Of a stretch of 64,000 bases of DNA, positions 5,842 to 16,157 are shown in pieces. This stretch comes from a virus: IMG/VR virus record IMGVR_UViG_3300032093_000017; one strand, written 5' to 3'. The translations under genes and the position numbers were made by a program. Numbering within the stretch: position 1 is the first letter of the stretch; the number at the start of each line of letters is the position of its first letter. A model generated the notes under the pieces. That model was not told the DNA's origin and searched no databases. It saw only the letters and a program-made list of their open reading frames with translations.

Positions 5842-7733
5842 TGTCCTTCAATAACTTTACAAACTTAGATTTTAATGATTTAAGAACTCAAATTAAGAGT
5901 TATTTGAGAGCAAATGCAAATTTTACAGATTTTGATTTTGAAGGATCTAATTTTTCTGTTTTAATTGATATTTTAGCATATAATTCTTACATTACTGCAT
6001 TTAACACCAATATGGTGGTGAATGAATCCTTTATTGATAGTGCAACTCTTCGGGAGAATGTTGTTTCTCTTGCACGTAATATCGGATATGTACCAAGATC
6101 AAAAAGTGCATCAAAGGGAAAAATAAGTTTTTCCGTAAGCACACCTAGAGATTCTAGTGGTAATTTAATTTCAAAAACAGTTACTTTAAAGGCAGGAGTA
6201 GTTGCCTTAGGTGCTGTGGAGGGGGGAAATTATATTTTTTCAATTCCAGAAGATAAAACAGTTGTTGTTGGAAATGATGGATTTGCAAATTTCACAGATG
6301 TTGAAATTTATGAAGGAACATTTTTAACTAAATCATTTACAATTGACGATTCGCAACCAAATCAAAGATTTTTAATTCCAAATGCAAGTGTGGATACATC
6401 TACACTTCGTGTGAAAGTTACAAATGTTATAAATGAAAAATATGAGTTATATAATAATATTTTTAAAGTAGACAAAACTTCAAAATTATTTTTAATACAA
6501 GAAGTTAGTGATGAGAAATATGAAATTGTATTTGGTGATAATATTTTAGGAAAAAGACCAATTAGTGGAAGTACCGTTCTTGTTTCCTATATTGTAACAA
6601 ATGGAAAGGAAGGTGATGGTTGCTTTAACTTTACATTTTCAGGAATTTTAGTTGATAATAATCAAACAGCAATCACAAGTGGAATTTCTTTAATTACCAC
6701 AACTCAAGTATCAGAAAATGGTGACGATATTGAGTCTATTGATTCAATTAAATATCTTGGACCAAGAGTCTATGCCTCCCAGTATCGTGCAGTTACTGCA
6801 AATGACTATAAAGGATTAATCCCATCTATTTTTCCAAATGTAGATACTGTTACTGCTTATGGTGGAGAAGAACTAGACCCACCAGAATATGGAAAAGTTT
6901 ACATTTCAATAAAACCAAGAAATGGTAAATTTTTATCTCAAATCTCAAAAAATGAGATTAAAAAGCAACTAAAGCAATATTCAATTGCAGGAATACAACC
7001 AGAGATTATTGATTTGAAATATTTGTATGTTGAATTGGAATCCTCTGTATATTATGACAAAAGTTCAACTTCAAGTGTTACTGATTTACAATCTAGAGTT
7101 ATTAATTCATTAAAGAGTTATGCAAAATCAACAGAATTGAACAGTTTTGGTGGAAGATTTAAGTATAGTAAAGTTTCAACGTTAATTGATAGCACAAGCA
7201 CTGCAGTCACTTCAAATATCACAAAAGTAAAAATAAGAAGAGATTTACAACCAGCACTCAATACTCTTGCAAATTATGAACTTTGTTTTGGAAATCAATT
7301 TCATATTCAAAAGTTAATTGATGGGAAAGGATATAACATAAAATCTACAGGATTTACTGTCAAAAATATAGCAGATAAATTATATTTAAGTGATACACCA
7401 AGGACAGATGAAGTTGGAACTATCTTTTTCTTTAGACTTGTGAATGGAGTTCCATTCATTGTAGTAAATAATGCAGGAGAAGTTAATTACAAAAAAGGAG
7501 AAATATTATTAAATCCAGTGATTATAACTTCTTCGGATAATTCTTCGGGAATACAAATTCAAGCAATTCCGGAATCAAATGATATCATTTCTTTGAAAGA
7601 TATATACTTAGAGATGGATACTACTACACTTAAAGTAACTATGCTAGAGGATGTGATAACTTCTGGAGAAAATACCTCTGCAACAGAATATCCAGTCACA
7701 TCTAGTTACAACAACGGAAATTATATAAGATAA
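5841..7733 (+). CDS. gp6: baseplate wedge subunit gp6
   Basis: DFDFEGSNFSVLIDILAYN, RENVVSLARNIGY, RAVTANDY motifs. Confidence 0.92.
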   Translation: MSFNNFTNLDFNDLRTQIKSYLRANANFTDFDFEGSNFSVLIDILAYNSYITAFNTNMVVNESFIDSATLRENVVSLARNIGYVPRSKSASKGKISFSVSTPRDSSGNLISKTVTLKAGVVALGAVEGGNYIFSIPEDKTVVVGNDGFANFTDVEIYEGTFLTKSFTIDDSQPNQRFLIPNASVDTSTLRVKVTNVINEKYELYNNIFKVDKTSKLFLIQEVSDEKYEIVFGDNILGKRPISGSTVLVSYIVTNGKEGDGCFNFTFSGILVDNNQTAITSGISLITTTQVSENGDDIESIDSIKYLGPRVYASQYRAVTANDYKGLIPSIFPNVDTVTAYGGEELDPPEYGKVYISIKPRNGKFLSQISKNEIKKQLKQYSIAGIQPEIIDLKYLYVELESSVYYDKSSTSSVTDLQSRVINSLKSYAKSTELNSFGGRFKYSKVSTLIDSTSTAVTSNITKVKIRRDLQPALNTLANYELCFGNQFHIQKLIDGKGYNIKSTGFTVKNIADKLYLSDTPRTDEVGTIFFFRLVNGVPFIVVNNAGEVNYKKGEILLNPVIITSSDNSSGIQIQAIPESNDIISLKDIYLEMDTTTLKVTMLEDVITSGENTSATEYPVTSSYNNGNYIR

Positions 7734-7734
7734 A

Positions 7735-10700
7735 ATGTCAGAAGTTAAAAGAGTAAAAATCCAATCTTTTATTGAATCACAAATTCCAGAATTTTTAAAT
7801 TCTGAATCTCCTCTGTTCAAAGAATTTTTAGAGCAATATTATATTTCACAGGAACATCAGACTGGTGTTACTGATTTAACAGTTAATTTACAAAATTATA
7901 AAAGCATTGATAATTTTAATAACGAAACATTTTACAGCACAGTTGGAATTTGTACTCTCACTTCTGATGTTGTGTCTTTTGATGATACGATTCTCGTCAA
8001 TCATACAATTGGATTTCCCCAAAAATATGGTTTATTGAAAATTGATAATGAAATTATTACATACACGGGAATTACAACAAATTCTTTTACTGGTTGTATT
8101 CGTGGTTTTTGTGGATTAGATAAAGATAATACAAATGATTTATTTAAATTTTCTTCAACAGATACTTCAGACCATACAAAAAATTCACAGGTAATTAATT
8201 TAAATATTTTATTTTTTCAGGAATTATTTAAAAAATTCAAAACACAATTTTTACCTGGATTTGAAGATAGACAATTTGCAACTGGAATTAATTTACAAAC
8301 AATATTATCAAGAGCAAAGGATTTTTATACTACAAAAGGAACTGATACTTCATTTAAAATTCTTTTTAGTGTTCTTTTTAATGAGTCAATATCTGTCATT
8401 AAACCACAAGACTATTTAATTTCTCCATCATCAAATGATTATTTGATAACTAAAAATATTTTAGTTGAACAAATAATTAGAGATTCCACATTTAAAGTTT
8501 CGGATTCTACTTTAAGAAAAGAATTAAAAGGAAAAACAATATTTCAATCAACTTTAGATAATAAAACAGCAAGTGCATCAATTTATAATGTTGAATATAG
8601 ACCAATAAATTCTGGAGATTTTATATACAATTCGGTTGGATTTGACGAAACTGCACAAAAAAATTATATCACCAAGGATTTTTATGAAATTTCTTTAGAT
8701 CGTACATCATTTATATTAAACTTTGAATCTACTAAGAAAACAAAAGTTTTAGAAAATACATTCAAAAATTCAACTTCTATTTTAGTTGATTCTACAATTG
8801 GATTTAAAAAATCTGGAACTTTATTGATTAAACCAAAAAATCTTTCAAATCCAATTGTTTTAACATACACCGATAAAACAATTAATGAATTTTTAAATGT
8901 AAGTGGTCTAACAATTGATTTAGATTATGGTGCAGAAATAATTGAAGAAAATTTCTTATACACATATTTGGATGACGGATCAAAAATTGAATTCAGATTG
9001 ATTAACATTATTAATGATATTGATTATAAAGAAACATCAAATTTAAGAGTAAATGATAAAATACAACTATTTTCATTTGGTATTGATTTAAATGACCGAA
9101 TTGAATTCAATCAATGGATTTATAATGTACCAACAACGCATCTCATAAAATCAGTAGATACAGGTAGAATATATTTGTATGAAAACATTAATTTGTCTAT
9201 TGGAGACCAAGTAGTATTATCTAATCCAGATTTAGTAGATGTACAAAATGTTACAGTAAGTATTGAAGGATTTGGTTTTAATGCATTTGGACATTTTATT
9301 GATACAAAAGGTCCAAATGCAAGCACATTCAAAAAAACACATTTAACAAAAATCATTAATAAAGTTTCTAGTGATCAAAATTATTTTCCAAATGTTTCTA
9401 TTTTTCCATCTTCAATTCAGAATACCTACATTGATTATAATAGTGAAAATTTTTATGTTGCTTCTTCTGGACTCCCCAATTATGAAATTTATGCAACCGA
9501 TAGAAAAACATTTGTTTCTGCAAATGTAAGTACGGGTTCAACTACAATTTTAAATTGTTCTAATCACAATTTATTTACTGGTGAAAAAATATATTATATT
9601 CAAAAATCTGGAAATGTTGGAATTAGAACTTCTGCATATTTTGTAACAAAAGTAAATGACAATCAAGTAAAATTGTCATATAGTAATTCTGATTTATTCT
9701 CAAAAACTTATGTCCCAATAAAAAATAATGTTGATGGTGATTATTTTGTTAAATTTGATTTTCAAAATAAATCATTAGGCAATCAAAAATTATTTAAAAA
9801 ATTTAATTTAGTTAAAAAATTAAATAAATTTTTTACAGATAATGATAAAAGTACTATAGATAAAGCCACTGGGATTTTAATCAATGGTGTTGAAATATTT
9901 TCACCGACTCTTTATGATGAAAATATTTACTACGGAAAAATTAATTCGGTCATTGTTGAGAGTTCAGGAAAGGATTATGATGTTATTAATTTTTCTGGTT
10001 TAGAAGTTGATGATATTTATGGCACTGGTGCATCAGTAGAGGCAAATCTATCTGGAAGTCTGGATAAAGTAATATTATTAAATCCTGGAATTGGATATCC
10101 AAGAAAACCAAAAATTACTTTAGTTGGAGGAAATGGATCAGGAGCAGTTTTAGAGTCAAACTTAGTAAAAACTAAAATCGTATCAAAATTTAACCCAAGT
10201 TCCGCCATCAGCATTGGATCAAGCACAATACAGTTTTTGACTAATCATAATTTTGATGACGGAGAAGAAGTATCTTATATTAATGATTCTAATGGAAATG
10301 TATCACCATTAATAAACAATTCAAATTATTTCGTAGGTATAGTAAGTGCAACACAACTGAAATTATATAAAACTAAGGAAAATGCATTAGGAAAAAATAG
10401 TCCTATTACTTTCACTGGGATTGGTTCAGGAATACACTCTTTAAAAACCTTAAATTCAAAAAATACAATCACAAAAATTTATGTAAAAGAAAAAGGAAAA
10501 AATTATTCAAATAGATCGGTCAAAATACCAAGTGATTTATCATCAAATAACCAAAATAATGGAATAAACACATTTGATGATTATATTTTTGCAAAAGAAC
10601 ACAATTTTAAAAATGAAGATGTAGTAATATACTCCACAAGTGGCACTTCAATATCTGGATTATCAACTCAAACAAATTATTATGTTACTGTAATTGATAG

Positions 10701-13700
10701 CAATAGATTTAAATTATCAGTTTTTGGATCTTCTGAAAATCAAAGAATTAATTATGATAATAAAAAATATGTTAGGTTTTCTTCTGTAGGGGTAGGAACT
10801 CACATTTTCTCATATCCACCAATTCAAATTGAAATTGAACACGTTTCTGGAATTGCAACTTCACCATCGGCAGAACCGATAGTTCTTGGATCAATTGAAA
10901 ATGTTTTTATCACAAATGATGGAAAAAATTATGGTTCTCCTGATACATTAAATTATCACAGAAAACCTAGAGTTGGAATTTTCAGTATTCTTTCTGAATG
11001 TATTCTAAAACCAGTTTTGTTGAATGGTTCTATTGTTGATGTTCAAATATTAAACTCTGGTAGAGGATACGGGAAAGACATTGATATAAAGATATTTGGC
11101 AAAGGAAAATATGCAGAATTATATCCAATTGTAACAAATGGAAAAATAACAAGTATTAATATTTTGAATTCTGGTATAGGTTATGATGAAAAGACTACGT
11201 TACTTATTCAAAGAAGAGGTTTAGGTGCAAGATTTAGTGCCAATATTTTTGAATGGAAAATTAATCAAGTAGAAAAAAACAAAAAAATTATTTCACCCAA
11301 TGATGGGGGTTTAATTGTACCTAGTAAAAACAACGAAACAACACTGGAATTTATTCATTTTTATCCACCAAAAAATCTAAGATTTAAAGTTAATAATTTT
11401 ATTGATAAAGATAATAATGAAATCTTACCAGACAATAATCAAAATCCATATAAAATTTTAGGGTGGGCTTACGATGGAAATCCAATTTTTGGACCATATG
11501 GAAAAGTTAATGGTGAGTCAAAATTATTACAATCAAGCTATAAACTAAAAAATTCTGGTGAAATCGGAATTTCAATTTCAAATCAACTGAGACCCAATTT
11601 TGGATCAGGATTTTTTGTACAAGATTATCTTTATGATAGGGGAACTGGAGATTTAGATGAATATAATGGAATGTTTATTAATGACAAAAATTTACCAAAT
11701 ATTAACTATGGTTACTTTTCAACGATTTCTAATGATGAAAAAGAACCACAGTATCCATATACAGTACCTTTGAATTTTAAAGATTTACCAATAGAAGAAA
11801 ATTTTAATCCGTTATTTAATCAAGATTTTAATTTTGAATCCTTAGATATTGTTAGAAATATTGGACCTTATTATTTGAATTCAAGTAATTCTTCTTATGA
11901 TTTAATTGATAAAATTGATTCAAAATATAAACAAGAATTTATTGTTAAAGATATAAGTTCTTCTGGTATAACTTCAATTTCTATTTTTGAACCAGGTGAT
12001 AATTATAAAGTAGGAGAATTAATTAAATTTGACAGTAAATCTTCTGGTGGAAATTCAGTTTCTGCTGAGATTTCTAGGATAAAAGGAAAAAACGTATCAA
12101 ATGTACAGGTTGGAATTTTAACATTTACTGATGTAAATTTCATCACAAAGGGTGTTTCAATAAAAGGAATTACAAATCAACCACATAATCTAATTAGTGA
12201 TGATGAAATCATTATATCCAATTTGTCATCAAGTGAATTTAATCATTTGGAAGGAACTAAAAAAATATATGTTTTCCAAAACAGTGCAGGATTAGTAGAA
12301 AACCTAGAGAGTCAATCAGTTACTGGAGTGACAACATACGTTAAAGTTACCGATGTATCTGGATTTGAAGTTGATAATTTTATAGGAATAGGAACAGAAG
12401 TTTTAAAAATAATCAACATTTCTTCAACGGAATCAAAATTATACGTAAATAGATTTGATAATTATTCTGGAATACACAGTGTAGGATTTGCAACTGTAAC
12501 TTTGTTGCCAAATACATTTACATTTTCAACTCAAAAATATGAAGATGATATAGTTGAAAATAAAACTGTTTATTTCAATCCAAGCAATACGATTGGAATT
12601 GGAACAACTGGTTCAATTTATTATAACATAGTCGGATTTCAAACTGCTTTCGGAACTTTAAATGCAACAGGTCTCAGCACAGTTGGTGTAAATACTACTT
12701 TATTGGAAATTGGTGATTATGTATTTGGGACTAATATTCAAAATAACACAACTATAACATCAATTGGGATTGGTTCAATTACAATAACACCAGACCACAC
12801 TCTTGGTGGTGGGATATCAACAAATTTATTGACATTTTCAAGGAAAATATACGATAAAACTGTTCCAAGTCGTTCAATATACATACCAAGTCACAAATTT
12901 TATACTGGACAATCTATTACTTATAATGTTGGGTTGGTTGGAAATGGCATTGTGGTTTCTGAAACTGGGACAGGAACAACATTTAGATTAGCAAACAACC
13001 AAACAGTATATACAGTTAATTTAGGAAAAGATTATGTTGGTCTATCTACTTTAGGATTTACTACTAGTACTGGAATTGGAACGACACAAAATTCTTTATA
13101 TTTTAGAAGTCCTATTGAAAATATTGGTTTGGCTCATTCTTTGACAACTCAATATGAAAAAATTAAGGGGAAAGTAAATAATTATTCAGTAGTCGTTTCA
13201 ACTTCTCAAACACACGGTTTGCAAACAGGTGACAATATTAAATTTAATTTTGAACAAAGTAACACAAATACTATAAAATTAAGATACGACAAAGTAATTA
13301 GAAAAATAACTACAGAACTTATTGATTTTGACCCCTTATCGGGAATAAACACACTCACAAATGAAATTAATATTCCTGGAAATAATTTAAAAACAGGAGA
13401 TAAGATTGTTTATTATACTAATGACCAAACTTCTGTTGGTGGATTATCTACAAATGCTGTGTATTATGTTTTAAAACAAAATCCAGATAAAATTAAGTTA
13501 TCAAGTTATCAATATGATGCTAATGTTGGAATTGCAATTACTTTGACTTCTGTTGGTGCAGGATTAACTCACAATTTTGCTCTCGTCAATCCACCAATCA
13601 ATATTTTAAATGGAAATATAATATCCTTTGATTTAACTGATGGTAGTCTTTCAAATATGGATTTGAGACTATATGCAGATTCCAATTTTAGTAAAGAAAT

Positions 13701-16125
13701 AGAAACATTCAAATATCTTAATTATGACACTAATAGAGTCAAAGAATTGAATACCAAGTTGTCTTTGCCAACTGAAATCTATTATAATTTAATTTCACTT
13801 TCTAAAAATGAAGATGAAAAAAATCAATTGTCTTCAGATAAAGAAGTAAATGGATTCAATAAAATTAAAATAATCCCAAATAATATTAACACTTACCATT
13901 CTATAATAAAAACAGGAAATTCGCAGTTTAAATTTAATTTAAACGTTATTCCAGAACCACTCACATTTATTTCTGGATTATCAACATCATACTATGATAC
14001 TGATTCAAAAAATGTTGTTGGTCCAATATCAAATCTTAGAGTTAATTTTGGAGGAAGAGGATATAAGAAAATTCCAAAAATTTCTTCAATTACTACAACA
14101 TCAGGAAAAGGTGCAGCATTAGAAGCAAAATCTTCTACTATTGGAAAAATAGAAAATTTAGAAAGAGTAAAAGATGGATTTGATTATCCAAGTGATACTA
14201 CACTAAAACCTTTTTTAAGTGTTCCTGCTGTTGCTCAAATAGGAGATATTTCAAGAATAGAATATGTTGGTATTATAACTGGAGGAAATGGATATAATAC
14301 TGCACCTACTTTAAAAGTTTTGGGGAATAATAAAATTAAATTATCGGCCAAATTGCAAAGTGGTAGTGTAATTGGTGTTGATATTGTTGAGAATACTAAT
14401 GATTTGATAACTCCATTGAGAATTGTACCTATAAGAAATTCCAATGGTTATGAAATTGATAGTGTTGTTGCCTCCAATGATGGTTCTACTGTAACTTTAG
14501 AACTTCTTAATAATTCAGAATTATTTCCACTAATTACAACTGGTTATGGAACAACTGATGTTGTATTTCCATTTACTGAAGGTGATGAAATTTTCATAGA
14601 AAACTGCAGGCAAGTGGATAGAACTAAAGATAATATAAACTCCAAAGATTATAGTTATAGATTTTTTACGGTAACTTCAGTGAGTTCTCAAAATTTTACT
14701 GTCACTTTTAGTATGACTGGTGTTAAAGATTCATTGAATTTAAATCAAAATAATGGAGAATCAAATTATGAAAATGGATTTGGATATGGTTATGTAGTGA
14801 ATAAAAAAGATATGGCCGTGTTTGAAATGAATTTGGTTGATGATTTGAGTTATATTTCTGGAGAAAATGTTTTTGGATATGATAATAGAGGAAATTCAGT
14901 ATTTTCTGCAAAAGTTGCAGAAAATGGTTGGGATAATGAAATTAACCAATTGAGAATGGTAGATGCAAAAGGAGAACTAGAAGTTGGAAATAAATTAAAA
15001 GGTGAAAAATCACTACTAAATGGAACAGTAAAAGACGTAAATAAATTTAATTTAAAAGCAAATCTAGGTGTCTCAAGAGATAAAGTAAATGAAAGCAAAA
15101 ATCAAAGTGGATTTTTGAATGATTATTTACAAAGACTCTCAGATAATTTTTATTATCAAAGATTTTCTTATGCAATTAAGAGTCAGATTTCTTATGATAA
15201 GTGGAAAGAACCAATCAAATCTCTAATTCATCCATCAGGATTTAAAGAATTTTCCGATTTAGATATTGTGAGTATTCCATCTTCAAATGTAAAAGTTGGA
15301 ATTAGTAGTAATGATTTAAATCTTAGTGTTTTGATGGATAATATCCAGTCACTTTACACTAAAAATAATTTTACATTAGTTTCAGAAGATGATGATAATT
15401 TATTTGAAGATGGATCAATTGAAAGAATTAATGTAGGTGCAGAAGAAGGAAATATTGCTGGAGTTGGAACTTTTGGTCCTATCTTTGGGGTTCCCCTCAA
15501 AGAGTATATTTTAAATAAAACAAATAAAGTTTTATTGATGAATGACATCAGTGATCAGTTTGATGGGTCAAATGATTACATTTCAATAGGAATTACCACA
15601 GCAACATTTAATGCTCTAAATCAATATTATGTTGGAATTTCCACAGAAAATTTAAAAATAGGTGATTATATTGGAAATTCTGAATTTTTAATTCCAGAGG
15701 CAACATTAGTTGATGAAATTGGAATTAACAGTATCAGAATAAATTTACCTCATCGTTTGCAAGTGGGAATTGATACGACTGATGTATCAATTAGAAGAAA
15801 ATTACCTGGAAATAAAGTCGTAGGTAAAACATCATTTGAACTCACATCTGGAATTAGTTCGGAAAAAGTACCATTATATTATCGTGAATTCAATTCTAAT
15901 TCTTCCCAAATTTTGAATTTAGATAATAATATAATCAATCTAAAGAGTCATAATTTCCAAACTGGTCAAAAAATATTTTACAACAGATCTATTATTGATT
16001 CCCAACCAGTTGGATCTGCAACAACTGAAGTTGATAATGCATTTTCATATAATGTTTCTAATAAATTTGATTCAAATACAATTATGAGACTTGATATGAC
16101 TATATTCAAGTTTGATTCAAATTAA
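7735..16125 (+). CDS. giant baseplate wedge initiator gp7-like structural protein (N-terminal part)
   Basis: Between gp6 and gp8; KDFYTTKGT, IHPSGFK motifs; YHYH-like segment (GWAYDGNPIFGPYG...DLDEYNG); repeated HNF.TG and GxGY modules. Confidence 0.75.
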   Translation: MSEVKRVKIQSFIESQIPEFLNSESPLFKEFLEQYYISQEHQTGVTDLTVNLQNYKSIDNFNNETFYSTVGICTLTSDVVSFDDTILVNHTIGFPQKYGLLKIDNEIITYTGITTNSFTGCIRGFCGLDKDNTNDLFKFSSTDTSDHTKNSQVINLNILFFQELFKKFKTQFLPGFEDRQFATGINLQTILSRAKDFYTTKGTDTSFKILFSVLFNESISVIKPQDYLISPSSNDYLITKNILVEQIIRDSTFKVSDSTLRKELKGKTIFQSTLDNKTASASIYNVEYRPINSGDFIYNSVGFDETAQKNYITKDFYEISLDRTSFILNFESTKKTKVLENTFKNSTSILVDSTIGFKKSGTLLIKPKNLSNPIVLTYTDKTINEFLNVSGLTIDLDYGAEIIEENFLYTYLDDGSKIEFRLINIINDIDYKETSNLRVNDKIQLFSFGIDLNDRIEFNQWIYNVPTTHLIKSVDTGRIYLYENINLSIGDQVVLSNPDLVDVQNVTVSIEGFGFNAFGHFIDTKGPNASTFKKTHLTKIINKVSSDQNYFPNVSIFPSSIQNTYIDYNSENFYVASSGLPNYEIYATDRKTFVSANVSTGSTTILNCSNHNLFTGEKIYYIQKSGNVGIRTSAYFVTKVNDNQVKLSYSNSDLFSKTYVPIKNNVDGDYFVKFDFQNKSLGNQKLFKKFNLVKKLNKFFTDNDKSTIDKATGILINGVEIFSPTLYDENIYYGKINSVIVESSGKDYDVINFSGLEVDDIYGTGASVEANLSGSLDKVILLNPGIGYPRKPKITLVGGNGSGAVLESNLVKTKIVSKFNPSSAISIGSSTIQFLTNHNFDDGEEVSYINDSNGNVSPLINNSNYFVGIVSATQLKLYKTKENALGKNSPITFTGIGSGIHSLKTLNSKNTITKIYVKEKGKNYSNRSVKIPSDLSSNNQNNGINTFDDYIFAKEHNFKNEDVVIYSTSGTSISGLSTQTNYYVTVIDSNRFKLSVFGSSENQRINYDNKKYVRFSSVGVGTHIFSYPPIQIEIEHVSGIATSPSAEPIVLGSIENVFITNDGKNYGSPDTLNYHRKPRVGIFSILSECILKPVLLNGSIVDVQILNSGRGYGKDIDIKIFGKGKYAELYPIVTNGKITSINILNSGIGYDEKTTLLIQRRGLGARFSANIFEWKINQVEKNKKIISPNDGGLIVPSKNNETTLEFIHFYPPKNLRFKVNNFIDKDNNEILPDNNQNPYKILGWAYDGNPIFGPYGKVNGESKLLQSSYKLKNSGEIGISISNQLRPNFGSGFFVQDYLYDRGTGDLDEYNGMFINDKNLPNINYGYFSTISNDEKEPQYPYTVPLNFKDLPIEENFNPLFNQDFNFESLDIVRNIGPYYLNSSNSSYDLIDKIDSKYKQEFIVKDISSSGITSISIFEPGDNYKVGELIKFDSKSSGGNSVSAEISRIKGKNVSNVQVGILTFTDVNFITKGVSIKGITNQPHNLISDDEIIISNLSSSEFNHLEGTKKIYVFQNSAGLVENLESQSVTGVTTYVKVTDVSGFEVDNFIGIGTEVLKIINISSTESKLYVNRFDNYSGIHSVGFATVTLLPNTFTFSTQKYEDDIVENKTVYFNPSNTIGIGTTGSIYYNIVGFQTAFGTLNATGLSTVGVNTTLLEIGDYVFGTNIQNNTTITSIGIGSITITPDHTLGGGISTNLLTFSRKIYDKTVPSRSIYIPSHKFYTGQSITYNVGLVGNGIVVSETGTGTTFRLANNQTVYTVNLGKDYVGLSTLGFTTSTGIGTTQNSLYFRSPIENIGLAHSLTTQYEKIKGKVNNYSVVVSTSQTHGLQTGDNIKFNFEQSNTNTIKLRYDKVIRKITTELIDFDPLSGINTLTNEINIPGNNLKTGDKIVYYTNDQTSVGGLSTNAVYYVLKQNPDKIKLSSYQYDANVGIAITLTSVGAGLTHNFALVNPPINILNGNIISFDLTDGSLSNMDLRLYADSNFSKEIETFKYLNYDTNRVKELNTKLSLPTEIYYNLISLSKNEDEKNQLSSDKEVNGFNKIKIIPNNINTYHSIIKTGNSQFKFNLNVIPEPLTFISGLSTSYYDTDSKNVVGPISNLRVNFGGRGYKKIPKISSITTTSGKGAALEAKSSTIGKIENLERVKDGFDYPSDTTLKPFLSVPAVAQIGDISRIEYVGIITGGNGYNTAPTLKVLGNNKIKLSAKLQSGSVIGVDIVENTNDLITPLRIVPIRNSNGYEIDSVVASNDGSTVTLELLNNSELFPLITTGYGTTDVVFPFTEGDEIFIENCRQVDRTKDNINSKDYSYRFFTVTSVSSQNFTVTFSMTGVKDSLNLNQNNGESNYENGFGYGYVVNKKDMAVFEMNLVDDLSYISGENVFGYDNRGNSVFSAKVAENGWDNEINQLRMVDAKGELEVGNKLKGEKSLLNGTVKDVNKFNLKANLGVSRDKVNESKNQSGFLNDYLQRLSDNFYYQRFSYAIKSQISYDKWKEPIKSLIHPSGFKEFSDLDIVSIPSSNVKVGISSNDLNLSVLMDNIQSLYTKNNFTLVSEDDDNLFEDGSIERINVGAEEGNIAGVGTFGPIFGVPLKEYILNKTNKVLLMNDISDQFDGSNDYISIGITTATFNALNQYYVGISTENLKIGDYIGNSEFLIPEATLVDEIGINSIRINLPHRLQVGIDTTDVSIRRKLPGNKVVGKTSFELTSGISSEKVPLYYREFNSNSSQILNLDNNIINLKSHNFQTGQKIFYNRSIIDSQPVGSATTEVDNAFSYNVSNKFDSNTIMRLDMTIFKFDSN

Positions 16126-16127
16126 AC

Positions 16128-16135
16128 CATAAATA
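16128..16135 (+). promoter_or_regulatory. T4-type late promoter
   Basis: CATAAATA just upstream of ATG 16158. Confidence 0.65.
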
Positions 16136-16157
16136 ATCAAAAGAAACACATTACCTA